A stretch of 63,091 nucleotides of DNA, filler included, from Octopus bimaculoides (Eukaryota): assembly GCF_001194135.2 (NCBI RefSeq). It is 6 parts of 4 records of this genome, joined end to end, with 100 filler letters (N's around TTAATTAATTAA, not from the genome) between each part and the next. Parts side by side here need not be neighbours in the genome. Positions count along the whole stretch, not along the records: positions 28,518 to 41,590 come from NC_069008.1; positions 41,691 to 54,363 come from NC_068982.1; 4 more parts are not named here. One strand, 5' to 3'. Of the stretch, positions 36,880 to 49,790 are shown piece after piece. The stretch's first letter is position 1. Each line of letters starts with the position of its first letter. The notes beneath the pieces are model-generated. The model searched no databases. It worked only from the letters and a program-made list of their open reading frames with translations, and was not told where the DNA came from. A program made the translations under genes and the position numbers.

Positions 36880-37270
36880 ACTAACTAGGCAGCCAAGTCT
36901 GTAGTGGGGTGGTTGCTCTGAGACTCTAGCAGCTAGAATAGGAATAGCCTGGGCAAAGTTCAGGGACTTCCTGCCTCTGCTGGCAACAAAGGGCCTATTG
37001 CTCAGGACGAAAGTTAGACTGTATGATGCATGTGTGTGGACTGCCATGCTACATGGCAGTGAAACATGGGCCATGGCTGATAAGGACGTGCACAGGCATG
37101 AAAGAAATGAAGCCGGTATGATCCACTGGATGTGTAATGTCAGTGTGCACACAGGACAGAGTGTGAGTGACCCGAGAGAAAGGTTGGACAAAAGAAGCAT
37201 CAGATGTGGTGTGCAAGAGAGACGACTTCGCTGGTATGGCCATGTGGTACATATAGATGAGGAGAGCTGT
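36880..37270 (+). mobile_element. RTE-clade LINE fragment (post-RT region)
   Basis: AARIGIAWAKFRDFLPLL..KVRLYDACVWTAMLHGSETWAM..ERNEAGMIHWMCNVS..ERRLRWYGHV. Confidence 0.92.
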
Positions 37271-39289
37271 GAAATGAATTTGTTGGTTAATGATCTCGTT
37301 ACAAATAATCAACTTAATTATTATATCGACCTGGTAGATGTATTTTCCAGAAACATTTCTGTCAGTGAAATGTTGTCATCATCTTTATATCTACAGGATC
37401 TGACAGTTTCTGATAAAGCCAGACATATTCCTCCCCCTCAACATTTGGGAGACAAAGAACCAGTGGAGATTCAATGTTTGGTTATAACTGAAAATAATCT
37501 GATTGCAGGATGGGACGAGAGGAATAGTAACAATGAAGAGGACACAAACACAAACTTTACTTCGCATGCTTTTGGATTTATCATAACTTGCCCGTAGAGG
37601 CAAAGTATTGTGACGTAACGGTAAATAAATATCGAAAACTGTTCAGAACTATTTCAGGAACAACAGAAAGCAAAGCTACCTCAGTGATCAAAAGCAAAAT
37701 GTATTCAAACAAACCTAAAACATACAAGTCACCATACGACATTATGTGATGTAATATATTTTTGGGTATAGAAACGTATTAGATTTGATGTGGACCTTGT
37801 TGTTAATGACAACCAAAGATAAGGGAGACTGTTGTAATGTCTAGTGGTCTACCTTGCGTCTTCAGGTCTAATATATTGATATAGACAAGAGATAAACATT
37901 GTCTGGTGGCAGTGATGAGAGACGACAATGTGTTCTGACACCAAGTGGACGGTCTTTTATTTCTAGGTGTAACATAACTCAGTCACAAACTCTCACATTC
38001 ATTCATAGAGAAGCCATTGACACATTCACTTAGAAGTATATTTTGCTGATAATTTCTGTATTTCATTCAACATCTCACTATGTGTTGTATACTATGAGGT
38101 GTTATAGTATGTGTGTGTCACAATANNNNNNNNNNACAACTGATATTAAGACAGATTGTTTATTTTACAATTAAGATCAACGTTTAAATTACAGAATAAT
38201 CATTAGAAATAAAACTTGAAGATATAAATACACCATTATCTGTTTTGACTGAATATAAGTATTACTAATGATTATATGTCCTGGAAATGATGGGACCGTC
38301 ATGGTTGGCTTGGTTTCCATCATATTTACCTTGATTAAGAGATATCAATAAAGCTGGAGATGAAACTGTTCTTAACCTGACAAATGCTGTAAATCTCTCA
38401 ACATTTCAATATAATCCACACAATTATCATACATTTATTAATTTGGAAAGCTTATCAAAAGACGGGGTTTCATATAATCCCACTGACACACAGCATGTTG
38501 AGAGGATCGTTATTATTTGTTCCTGATTGGAAATGATAAAGAGAAACACAGAAAAACACTGTCAGAAGGAGAGGAAAAATTATTCCGTGCAATGTTGCAA
38601 GGCAGGAAATCTTATTGCAAGGGGAAATCACTCTAAGAATATCATATATGGCGAATTATCTCCCGTGGCTAATATTTTTTTCTACTCTAGGCACATGGCG
38701 TATAATGGGGGAAATGCTTTGAAAGTCCCATTGAAATGGGAATACACACGAAATAACAGAAGTTTCGTGTCAATCGGACCACGGATTCCTGCGATAAGCA
38801 GTTTTGTCGGGTACCTTGAACTATTGGTGACCCAACCAGTCATGGGTAATTTAGTAATTTATACGTGCATACACGTTCAAACGTGTTTGCGCATATAGAT
38901 TTATAGAATAAAAATATTGTATTAACATAATTTATTTCGGTCTAAAACTAAGTAAAACTCTTATACTTGTTTTTTTATATATATATATATATATATTAAC
39001 ATTTTTATTATGTAAAAATTGGTACAGTTTTATAAGAATCGTAATTTTATACATTTGTTTAGCATCGGTGTATTTGGTAATAAAATATAAAGTGAATGAA
39101 TTGTCGAGCAAGAAATCTTTTTACTGAATTTAATGTCAGATTTAAAGATAGCCTTATTTATTCATCTTTTTTCATCATAATATATAGAAATTTTAAACAA
39201 ATTATATTTCCTACTGAAGCATATTTTTGAAAAATATTTTAGTATATTACATATTATATGTGTTCTGATGTTATATTATAAAATGGCCA

Positions 39290-39548
39290 GTGATTATTTT
39301 CGATTAAAATTAACGTGCAAGTGGCTGAGCATTCCACAGACACGTATACTCTTAACGTAGTTTTCGGGGAGATTCAGCGTGACACGGATGGCTCCTTGAA
39401 ATACAGGTATAACACATTTTTTGCCAGCTGAGTGGATGGGAGCAACGTGAAATAAAGTGCCTTGCTCAAGGACACAACGCGTCACCGAGAATCGAAATCG
39501 CGACCATACGATAGCGAACCGAATACCCAAACCACTAAGCCACGCGCC
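39290..39548 (-). mobile_element. tRNA-derived SINE family C
   Basis: Minus strand: GGCGCGTGGCTTAGTGGT A box, B-box-like gatttcgattc, central tgtgtccttgagcaaggcactttatttcacgttgctccc. Confidence 0.8.
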
Positions 39549-40647
39549 TTCACACACACACACACACCCTTGATTTTTTATTTTATTTTCTTTTTACAGA
39601 TTTCGTAATTATGCAGTTTGTAAATATTTATGGTTGCTTCTCTCCTTTTTATCATTTCGGNNNNNNNNNNNNNNNNNNNNNNNNNNNNNNNNNNNNNNNN
39701 NNNNNNNNNNNNNNNNNNNNNNNNNNNNNNNNNNNNNNNNNNNNNNNNNNNNNNNNNNNNNNNNNNNNNNNNNNNNNNNNNNNNNNNNNNNNNNNNNNNN
39801 NNNNNNNNNNNNNNNNNNNNNNNNNNNNNNNNNNNNNNNNNNNNNNNNNNNNNNNNNNNNNNNNNNNNNNNNNNNNNNNNNNNNNNNNNNNNNNNNNNNN
39901 NNNNNNNNNNNNNNNNNNNNNNNNNNNNNNNNNNNNNNNNNNNNNNNNNNNNNNNNNNNNNNNNNNNNNNNNNNNNNNNNNNNNNNNNNNNNNNNNNNNN
40001 NNNNNNNNNNNNNNNNNNNNNNNNNNNNNNNNNNNNNNNNNNNNNNNNNNNNNNNNNNNNNNNNNNNNNNNNNNNNNNNNNNNNNNNNNNNNNNNNNNNN
40101 NNNNNNNNNNNNNNNNNNNNNNNNNNNNNNNNNNNNNNNNNNNNNNNNNNNNNNNNNNNNNNNNNNNNNNNNNNNNNNNNNNNNNNNNNNNNNNNNNNNN
40201 NNNNNNNNNNNNNNNNNNNNNNNNNNNNNNNNNNNNNNNNNNNNNNNNNNNNNNNNNNNNNNNNNNNNNNNNNNNNNNNNNNNNNNNNNNNNNNNNNNNN
40301 NNNNNNNNNNNNNNNNNNNNNNNNNNNNNNNNNNNNNNNNNNNNNNNNNNNNNNNNNNNNNNNNNNNNNNNNNNNNNNNNNNNNNNNNNNNNNNNNNNNN
40401 NNNNNNNNNNNNNNNNNNNNNNNNNNNNNNNNNNNNNNNNNNNNNNNNNNNNNNGAGTGTCTCTGGATGGAACTTCCTCTTTGGGGGAATTCTATTGTTT
40501 AAATTTTCTACACACGTGATTTTGCTAAACCCCACTTTTGCCCCTTGTTTTGTATTCCATTTTTGTCCTGTGTTCGACCCCTGTGACTAATAAAGAAAAG
40601 GTTATTGTTATTATTGTTATCATCATCATCATCATCATTAATATTAC

Positions 40648-40857
40648 TGCAGCGAGCTTGCGGAATCGTTAGCGCGCCGGACGAAATGTTTGGTGGTATT
40701 TCGTCTGCCGCTATGTTCATCAAAGTTCAAATTCCGCCAAGGTCGACTTTGCTTTTCATCCCTTCTGTGTCGACAAAATAATTACCGTTTGAGTGCTGGG
40801 GTCGATGTAATTGTCTTACCTTCGTCCGAAACTACCAGCCTTGTGCCAAAATTGATT
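40648..40857 (+). mobile_element. SINE family A monomer
   Basis: gcgagcttgcggaatcgttagcgcgccggacgaaatg..gttcaaattccgccaaggtcgactttgc. Confidence 0.8.
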
Positions 40858-41359
40858 AATTAATTTATTCATTTAGCTATTTTTAAGATTTCAGGATGTT
40901 TGCTTAAATTAGATATAAGTGTTCAAGATAAAAAGGTTTTTTTTATATATGCTGGTTAGCTTCACATCTACGTGATTTGAATCTCATTATATTTCTACAT
41001 CCAGCATGGAGAACAGTAATCATGAACTCACCTCTAAAACAAGGTATTTAAGCATTATATTTTCTGCATATAACTTTCTACTACTCCCGATATTTAGGGG
41101 ACCCCACCAGTTTTATGAATATATATTGTTCTTGTTGCTTGGGTCCTGGTTTGTCCTAATCACGAAGACCTCGGATTAATGGGCGTTCGTCTTACGAACA
41201 AGTCTTTCTTCTCTCCTTATCTACATTGCACAACATTACCTCCTAACACGTTGTTCTTCTTTGCAAGATTGTAATTTACACTTTCAGGGTGATGTGGCTG
41301 CTATATCTTATACCAACACCAACTACCTGGGTGATCGCTCAACCGGTTGGGCCGTTTCG

Positions 41360-41391
<32 letters not shown>

Positions 41392-41590
41392 GTCGTTACC
41401 GACGTTGATGTTGTTTTTGCTTTTTCCCAGCCCTCACATAATTCGAAACAAGGTAATGTTTACCTACTGAAGGCTGGAAACGAACAACACTGTATGGGGT
41501 TGATGCACATTTACACCCACCACATGTCACACACACACATGCGCGCGCCTATACATGATAGACCATATCTATCTATCTATCTATATATAT

Positions 41591-41690
41591 NNNNNNNNNN
41601 NNNNNNNNNNNNNNNNNNNNNNNNNNNNNNNNNNTTAATTAATTAANNNNNNNNNNNNNNNNNNNNNNNNNNNNNNNNNNNNNNNNNNNN
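41591..41690. other. artificial scaffold-join spacer
   Basis: Identical 44N-TTAATTAATTAA-44N. Confidence 0.95.
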
Positions 41691-41736
<46 letters not shown>

Positions 41737-41737
<1 letters not shown>

Positions 41738-42153
41738 GATCAGGAAGAAAAAAAATGCTTTCTAATTGATGTATCAATACCAGCAGATGACAACTTTTCT
41801 CTAAAAGAAATGGAAAAACTTTCAAAATACAAAGACCTGGAAATAGAGATAACTCGAATGTGGAATCCAAAAACAGAAACAATTCCTATCATAGTAGGTG
41901 CCTTAGGTATAATAAAAAAAATATTCAGACCATTACATAACAAAAACACCAGGACTTACAAATATATATAACATACAGAAAATTGCACTACTGGGTACTG
42001 CACACATCCTACGCAAAACACTTTCAATACAGTAACCATAAGAGCACCACAGCAAACCACAGCACATACCCAAGGCGCACAGAGCTGCGCTCGGTAGTGA
42101 AGTGAAAGCACGTTATAAAAATAAAACTACTGAACAATAATAATAATAATAAT
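41737..42153 (+). mobile_element. short 5'-truncated R4/Dong-like copy embedded in (AAT)n
   Basis: KKCFLIDVSIPADDNFSLKEMEKLSKYKDLEIEITRMW; closely similar to the reverse complement of 27877-28270; (AAT)n both sides. Confidence 0.92.
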
Positions 42154-42509
42154 GTATTATTATTGTTGATGTTGATGTAGTTGCTGCAGCTGTCGATGTT
42201 GTTGTTGCTGATGCTGCTGCAGTTGTTGCTCTTGTTCTTGTTGTTATTGTTCTAGTTGTTGCTGCTTTTTTTTGTTATCGCTGTTGTCGTTGTTGTTTCC
42301 ATGCCGAGTGTTTTTCCCCGGCACATGGGGCACAGAAACTCACTGTATACATTGGTAAGCCATTAACATTAATAAACGCCCCGCATTGTTCATTCACAAA
42401 CTCAAAACTTATGTGATAGAAAATCAAATAGGGACGAAATAAAGAAAGAAAACAGAAAGTAAAAACAAAAGAATAGAAAATAGAAAAAGAAACCATATAA
42501 AGAAAGGCA

Positions 42510-42722
42510 AAAAGAGATGAGCACACGCCATCGAAATGACGCTGAGCACCAATATTCGAAGTTCAATATACCCGTCATGTCGGCCCATAAGGGTACACCA
42601 GGCACGTGTATCACAAGAATACGCACGCAATGCGGTGCCTTCATATCAAGATAAACATCGCATGAACTTGAAGATGGGGCCCAGGTAGAATGTTCTTCAG
42701 ATTGAGTAAGTCATCACGCTGA
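42510..42722 (-). mobile_element. family D repeat fragment
   Basis: Reverse complement aligns with 14065-14265 (tgggcccca..tgtttatcttgatatga..gtgcctggtgtacccttat..gtcatttcgatggc). Confidence 0.65.
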
Positions 42723-43254
42723 AACCATCTCTAAATATTCTGCTGTTGGATAGCATCTGGTAGCCCATAAAGTAGAGGAGATTTGGAAAGCACTGTATAA
42801 GGCTAATACCCAGATAATAGGTATATGTGTGTGCGTGCGTATGTGTGCGTGTGTGTGCGCGCGCATGCGTGTGTGTATGTGTATGTGCGAGCGTGTGTGT
42901 GTGTGTATGTGTGTTTGTGGTTGTGAGTGTGTATGCATTATCAAGCGCACTTACTCAATGCGTGTGTTTTGCTTGTTCGCTGGTTAGCCGTGGCATAGCG
43001 CCTGGGCGAGAACTGCCTCATTACGTTGGGAGTTAAACACCTGAATGTCATAGACAGGTGAATCAACCCACTCACCTTCCACCTCATTCAAGAGGAATAG
43101 TGTGATAAACTGGGGGTTCGTCCCCGCTATACTGCAGCGAACATCGGTCGCTGGACTGCAGCGCCATGCTGCAGCGAACTGTCGAACAAGCAAATCTTAC
43201 TTTGAGTACGTGCAGCTGATAATGTTTACAGCACTATCTGTGTTTTTAATTCAT

Positions 43255-43533
43255 TAATGAATGTGTGTATGTATGTGTGTATGCATGTGTGTATGTATAT
43301 ATGTATGTGTGTATGTATATATGTATGTGTGTATGTATGTATGTATATATGTGTGTATGTACGTTTGTATGTGTGTGTGTGTGTATACGTATGTATGTAT
43401 GTGTGTATGTATGTATGTATATATGTATGTATGTATGTATGTACGTGTGCATGTATGTATGTTCGTATGTGTTTGTGTGTGTATACGTATGTATGTGTGT
43501 ATGTATGTATGTATGTATGCATGTATGTATGTT

Positions 43534-43571
<38 letters not shown>

Positions 43572-43572
43572 T
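43255..43572. repeat. compound (TATG)n/(TG)n/(TA)n microsatellite
   Basis: Seen directly. Confidence 0.95.
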
Positions 43573-45219
43573 ATACGTATATATTGCAGGTGTTTATGTA
43601 TTTAATGAACTGACTGGAAAGTTCATAAATGATAAAACGTAGAAATTTTATTAAAATTATTCGTGTCCAGTTGGCCGCTGCTTGTGTGTTGAGGACCCTG
43701 TTTCTTAACTCTTCAGCAAAAGAAACCGGTAGAATAGGTACCAGACTTAAAAGAAGAATCTGTGTCGATTCGTCCGACTGAAACCCTTCAGGGCACTTCC
43801 CCAATATGGACGCAGTCCAACGACCGAAACAAACAAACCATAAGCGAGACTGGTGTTTCATTCTTATCTTACTCTCTATAATTCGGTCATTGCTCCACCA
43901 TTTCTTTTTTCAGGTCTATATAATTCTCTCATTGCTTTGCCATTTCATTTTTGCAACATCCACACACACATTCACAAATATACGCATTTAATCTATATAC
44001 TTAACGATGAGTTGAACAAAACAGATAAAACAACAAAATCTATTATATATGTGACTCGGCAAAACTTGGATATAATTTTTTATTAGTGAACAGCGACATA
44101 ATGACGAAATTGATGTAACGTATTTTTTTTTTTTTTTAGATTCAACCTAATTCAGAAGACATACATTCCAAATCTTAATAATCATGGCCACTGCATCTTG
44201 TCATGCATACTTAGTCTTAGAATGTATTATAAACTCTTTCGAATTTCGAAAATGCAATTTGGTCGTTACGTCTCTAAGCTCAAATGTCTGCGGGATACTT
44301 CCTAATTAGGTCGTAATAGTTATTAATTCTGGAATCGCCGGCAAATTTGTAATCATGGTTAACGAGCGTGAATAATTTACTAAAAGTTGAAATTCCTTAA
44401 AGACCAACTCTATTAAAAGCTCTTGGTTTGGCCTGTATTGATTATGATTACGTCTCGATTCCATTCTACCATGATCGTTAATGAGATCTGCAGCATGTGT
44501 CTAACACACGTTACTATTTTGCAATTGCTTAAATTATACTCCGGCATTAAGTTTATATAGAAAGGATTGAAAAGATAAATCATAATGCCAATTATTCAGC
44601 AGGAATTTCACCAACTTCAGAAACATTGCAACACTTTCACCGCTTCAAGCTTAATGATGACTCAAAGAACGAGCTTCTGTATGGCCTGTACAGTTGCTAT
44701 AAATAGCAGGCTATGCCTGCCTTAATCTCCAAACTATCATGTTTCTCTGTTTTGTTTTGTTTTGCTTTTTTAATAAACGATAGCATTTCACAGATAACCT
44801 CTGAGAAAACAGAGACAGAGTTAGAAAGCATATGAATTTAAGAAAGTACTTAACAGTGTTCACGGAGATACACTCTGGAATATCTTGAGAGTGTCTATGG
44901 TTCCTAGCAGATATAGCAACATCGTTAAGTTTCTGTAAAGGAACACGCAGTGCTGCGTGAGTGCGATCAGCGGAGCGTCCGATGTTTGAAATTGCGACCA
45001 AAGTGAGACACGAAAGCCATGTGAGTATGTGTGTATGTATTTCGAACGGAGGTGATGCATACGTTGAAGTCAAGACCAAGATAACTACAACAACTTCAGT
45101 ATTCCAATGACTCCCTGTAGAATGGAGATCGAAGACCATCACTAAGAAAATAAATCTGCATGTCTTGTTATACTGACATCCATCTACACAAGTGAATCCA
45201 GGAAGAAAACAGCGAGGAA

Positions 45220-45304
<85 letters not shown>

Positions 45305-46141
45305 ACACACACACACACACACACATATACTGAATTGCTGGACGTGTTCTATCGACGCTNNNNNNNNNNNNNNNNNNNNNNNNNNNNNNNNNNNNNNNNN
45401 NNNNNNNNNNNNNNNNNNNNNNNNNNNNNNNNNNNNNNNNNNNNNNNNNNNNNNNNNNNNNNNNNNNNNNNNNNNNNNNNNNNNNNNNNNNNNNNNNNNN
45501 NNNNNNNNNNNNNNNNNNNNNNNNNNNNNNNNNNNNNNNNNNNNNNNNNNNNNNNNNNNNNNNNNNNNNNNNNNNNNNNNNNNNNNNNNNNNNNNNNNNN
45601 NNNNNNNNNNNNNNNNNNNNNNNNNNNNNNNNNNNNNNNNNNNNNNNNNNNNNNNNNNNNNNNNNNNNNNNNNNNNNNNNNNNNNNNNNNNNNNNNNNNN
45701 NNNNNNNNNNNNNNNNNNNNNNNNNNNNNNNNNNNNNNNNNNNNNNNNNNNNNNNNNNNNNNNNNNNNNNNNNNNNNNNNNNNNNNNNNNNNNNNNNNNN
45801 NNNNNNNNNNNNNNNNNNNNNNNNNNNNNNNNNNNNNNNNNNNNNNNNNNNNNNNNNNNNNNNNNNNNNNNNNNNNNNNNNNNNNNNNNNNNNNNNNNNN
45901 NNNNNNNNNNNNNNNNNNNNNNNNNNNNNNNNNNNNNNNNNNNNNNNNNNNNNNNNNNNNNNNNNNNNNNNNNNNNNNNNNNNNNNNNNNNNNNNNNNNN
46001 NNNNNNNNNNNNNNNNNNNNNNNNNNNNNNNNNNNNNNNNNNNNNNNNNNNNNNNNNNNNNNNNNNNNNNNNNNNNNNNNNNNNNNNNNNNNNNNNNNNN
46101 NNNNNNNNNNNNNNNNNNNNNNNNNNNNNNNNNNNNNNNNN

Positions 46142-46216
<75 letters not shown>

Positions 46217-46654
46217 TTCTATGTTCATGCATGTATGTATGTGTATATATACATATATATTAAATAGATATACTTGTATATATGTTCGTGTCTCAGAGTT
46301 TTGTTCATAAATGTATGTATGCATATGGTGATTCTATCGTTGTACGTTGTATATACAAAATTGCAATTGTGAATTCGTTTCGAAAAATATATAAAAAAGG
46401 AAAATTTAGTAAATCTCTGTCAGACCACTTATTCTTAAAATTCCTCAAACATTTCAAAGCGCAAAGATTCAAAGAACAGTAAAAGCCTTTTTTTTTTCAT
46501 TCGGTTCATTAATTATTCAGATATTAAAAGCATTCTGTCGTTTTGTACTATAAAAGTAGTAAGTATATATTACAGTTTCAACCAACACCAACTCCACTAT
46601 CATAACCACCAATACAACAACTACTACTACTATTACGAATAATAATAATAATAA

Positions 46655-47020
46655 TAATCCTTTGTACTAAAGGCACAAGGCCTGAAATTTATTTCTGGGT
46701 GGGTGCAGGGACTAGTCGATTACATCGACCCCTGTGTTTCACTGGTACTTAATTTATCGACTCCGAAACGGTGAAAAGCAAAGTCGACCTTGGCGGAATC
46801 TGAACTAAGAACGTAGCGACCGGCGAAATGTCGCTAGGCATTTCGCCCGTCGTGTTTCTTTCAGCTCGCCGCCATAAATAATTCTTTCTACTGTAGACGC
46901 AATGTCTGAAATTTTGAAGAAGGTGACTAGTTGATTACATTGACCTCAGTGTTTTGCAGGTAATTAATCTATCGATGCCGAAAGGATGGAAGGCAGAGTC
47001 GACCTCGGGGGAATTTGAGC
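46655..47020 (-). mobile_element. two adjacent SINE A copies (full 46655-46872, headless 46880-47020)
   Basis: Match to family A body and tail; preceded by (AAT)n. Confidence 0.8.
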
Positions 47021-47379
47021 GGGTGGTATTTCGTTATACAACTGATGTTATTTAAAATGTTGTTAGATACAAAGTTTATAACTATTCCATTCTATGTTCT
47101 CTTCTTGTAAGACTCACGGTGAAGATATAAACCATGTGGAGAAATGAAATTCTGTTGCACATATTATTTGTATTAACATTTTGTTGATTTTAAATGTTGT
47201 TTACTTCACGTAGCACATTTCTCTCGGTTGACATATCATCAAGGGGCTAATTACGTATATTCTTTATTTCGTTCACATTGGGGCTCATTTCTATACGCTT
47301 TTTTTTTTTTTTCAAAAAGAGAGCTTATTTTCAATATACGGCAAATAAAAGACACATTTATTTGAGAATACATGAATAT

Positions 47380-47631
47380 TCTATTTACATTTGACAGATA
47401 TTTGTCCTCATCTTGTTTGTTGTTAACACAACATTTCGGCTGATATACCCTCCAGCGTTTATCAAGTGTCTTGGGGAAATTTCGAACCTAGGTTCTCATT
47501 CCTAAGGTATTTTCCTATTTTATTATTATTATTATTATTATTATATTATTCAGGTCACTGTCTGGAATCCAACTCGGAATTTTGGGGTTAGTAGCCCGCG
47601 CTCTTAACCACTACGCCATATGCTTGTGGGC
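47380..47631 (-). mobile_element. tRNA-like head + (AAT)n + decayed hammerhead-containing segment
   Basis: A box TGGCGTAGTGG (47618-47608), B-box-like GTTGGATTC, then gacac-TTGATAA-a-cgctg..cagcc-GAAAT-GTT-gtgtt (47470-47425). Confidence 0.6.
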
Positions 47632-48090
47632 AATTAAGGAGTGAATTTTGGGGCTTATAAATGTAATATTTTCCTATCTTTTCCTAATATGGAACACGAA
47701 TATTCTCTTAATATAGAATATAAAATCCGTTCAACTCTAGGAACAAGGCTTGAAATTTTAAACAAGTGCACTGATCGATGTTATCGACCGCAGCCCTCAA
47801 TTGGTTCTTATTTTATCAACCCTGAAGGAATGAAAAGCAAACTTAGAACATAAAGACGCATGAAATGTTGCGAAAATTTTTTTGCCTGGTATGCTAAAGA
47901 TTCTGCCTAATTTGGCCAACAGATCTACAACGTAATTCAGACGACATTCCAATGCAGAATAGTACAGCATTTGCTCATTTAAAAATATTTACTTTCTCTT
48001 TCTTTCTTTTTACTTCCAATTCTCTCTTTTCCCCCTTCACACACACACACTCTCTCACATGCGCTTTATTTATACGCACACACACACAAA

Positions 48091-48864
48091 CAAGAGGGTG
48101 GACTGAAACGTTTATAGGCTGGCAATGAAGGAATGATACTAGAGCGGTGAAATTTTGCATTGTTTCTTTCGAAGTAAACATTGTTTGGAGCAGATTCAAC
48201 AGGTTTCTTCGAACGTTTCTTAACCCAAGATTTGTGTTGGATCGATCACTTTGAGCCAGAGACGAAGAAACAATCCATGCATTGGAAACACCCCTCCTCC
48301 TCACCTGCTCCAAAGAAGTTCAAGGTCATTTCATTTGCAGGGAAGGTGATGGCCTCAGTTTTTGAGATGCAAACGGTATTGCATTTATTGAGTATTTTGA
48401 AAAACCTTCAAAGGAGCAACACGATTAATGATGAGTACTATGCCAACCTGCTGATGCATTTGCGACAGTCTATAAAGACAAAACGCCCAGGAAAACAAAT
48501 ACAAGGGGTCTTGTTTCATCAGGACAATACTGCAGCACACAAAGCCTTGTTTTCAATGGCTTTTGTGTGTGACTGTGGTTTTGAACTGGTTCATCCTCTT
48601 CCTTATTCTACTGATTTGTCTCCATCAGGTAATCGTTTGTTCCTCTACTTGAAAAAATAATTGGGTGGGAATGATGATGACGTCATATCTATTGTTGCAT
48701 TCAACAGGATGAAAGCTTCTTCATCAATGTGATCCAAGCACTGCAACACCGATGGGTGAATTGTGTGGATTTCAAGGGGGCTCTATTTTGAAAAAGAACC
48801 ACAATTGTTCACATTCCATGAGAGTAGCTTGGTCGCCTTATTAATCTTTCAGCTGACCCTTGTG
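48091..48864 (+). mobile_element. mariner (Himar1/irritans-like) internally deleted transposon
   Basis: HFEPETKKQSMHW..AGKVMASVF..TINDEYYANLL..VLFHQDNTAAHK..GFELVHPLPYSTDLSPS; degenerate inverted termini AGGGT..CTGAAA. Confidence 0.92.
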
Positions 48865-49099
48865 TCTGTGTATATAAATGTGTAGGGGGATGTCTACCTG
48901 TGTGTATCTTTGTGTGTATGTGTGTCTTCATGCTAAATTTAACGACATACATTTTATGTCTCCTTTTTCAGGAACACCTTGAAGTATTGATAAACAGTTA
49001 ACAGCGTTGGAGAGCATAAAGAATAAACCTGAGGTTGAGAAAAACGTAGCCGACTTTGACGACAAACAGCTATCTTAATATTGGAAAAGAATTACCTGT

Positions 49100-49790
49100 A
49101 TCACGAATATTCATCCCGGGTATCGAAATGATTGATGCTCAATGATCTGTGAATATTGTAAAGGTTGTAAGACATGGCATGGACTGCGGCCACGGAGACT
49201 ATGAAACCATAGCCTTCAGGGAAGGACACAGCAGACCCTCTGATTGCGACAACTATAGGACAGATTCTTAGGCTCAATTCAGCTGCTTGAGATTGTAGTC
49301 AATCTTGTTTGGAGAGGGTTGTTACAGGAATGTCATTTGTGTAACAACAGGATTGAGACCTTTGCTACACCTCAGTGAAAAGCCAGAAGTGTTTATCGGA
49401 GAATTTCTACAAGTTCATAAGCCAAGATGTATGGCCTCCTAATTTCCCTGATTGTTTATCCGAATGATTATTATATGAAAGTAGTTGAGAAAAACACCAA
49501 CCGCTCTACCTGAAATATCCAGACCAAGCTACTAACTAAGAACAAGCTGGTGTTCAAAGTTCTCCCCGCAGGCAAAAGTGAAGAATATATTCACCAGTTT
49601 ACGAGTCATCTTGAAGCCGTGGCGGAAGGCGAGGGCGCTTTCTTTGTGTAAACAGTTAACTTCAAGCCATACCTTAGTCGATATTTTTGAATTTATTAAA
49701 ACTACTTTTATTTCTGGATGGCATATTGTGTTTACTTCATTTTTATGCAAACTGTTGAATTTAACCCGAACACACTGTGTGTATGTATGT
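49100..49790 (+). mobile_element. Tc1/mariner (maT/DD37D-like) transposase remnant
   Basis: LRLNS..LERVV..FV*QQD..TSVKSQKCLSENFYKFISQDVWPPNFPDC..NDYY..VEKNTNR..SHLEAVAEGEGAFF. Confidence 0.75.

Noticed and set aside
41005-41360. Possible exons 41005-41043 and from ~41289
   Set aside because: Splice-like signals only; joined product is unrecognisable and runs into (TA)n
44698-44720. TATAAATA followed by a GCAGGC/GCCTGC hairpin
   Set aside because: No supported downstream transcript; not a histone stem-loop or terminator
47551-47631. tRNA genes at SINE heads (also 32440-32508, 39480-39548, 55752-55840)
   Set aside because: A/B boxes are present, but there is no acceptor stem or full cloverleaf; these are SINE heads
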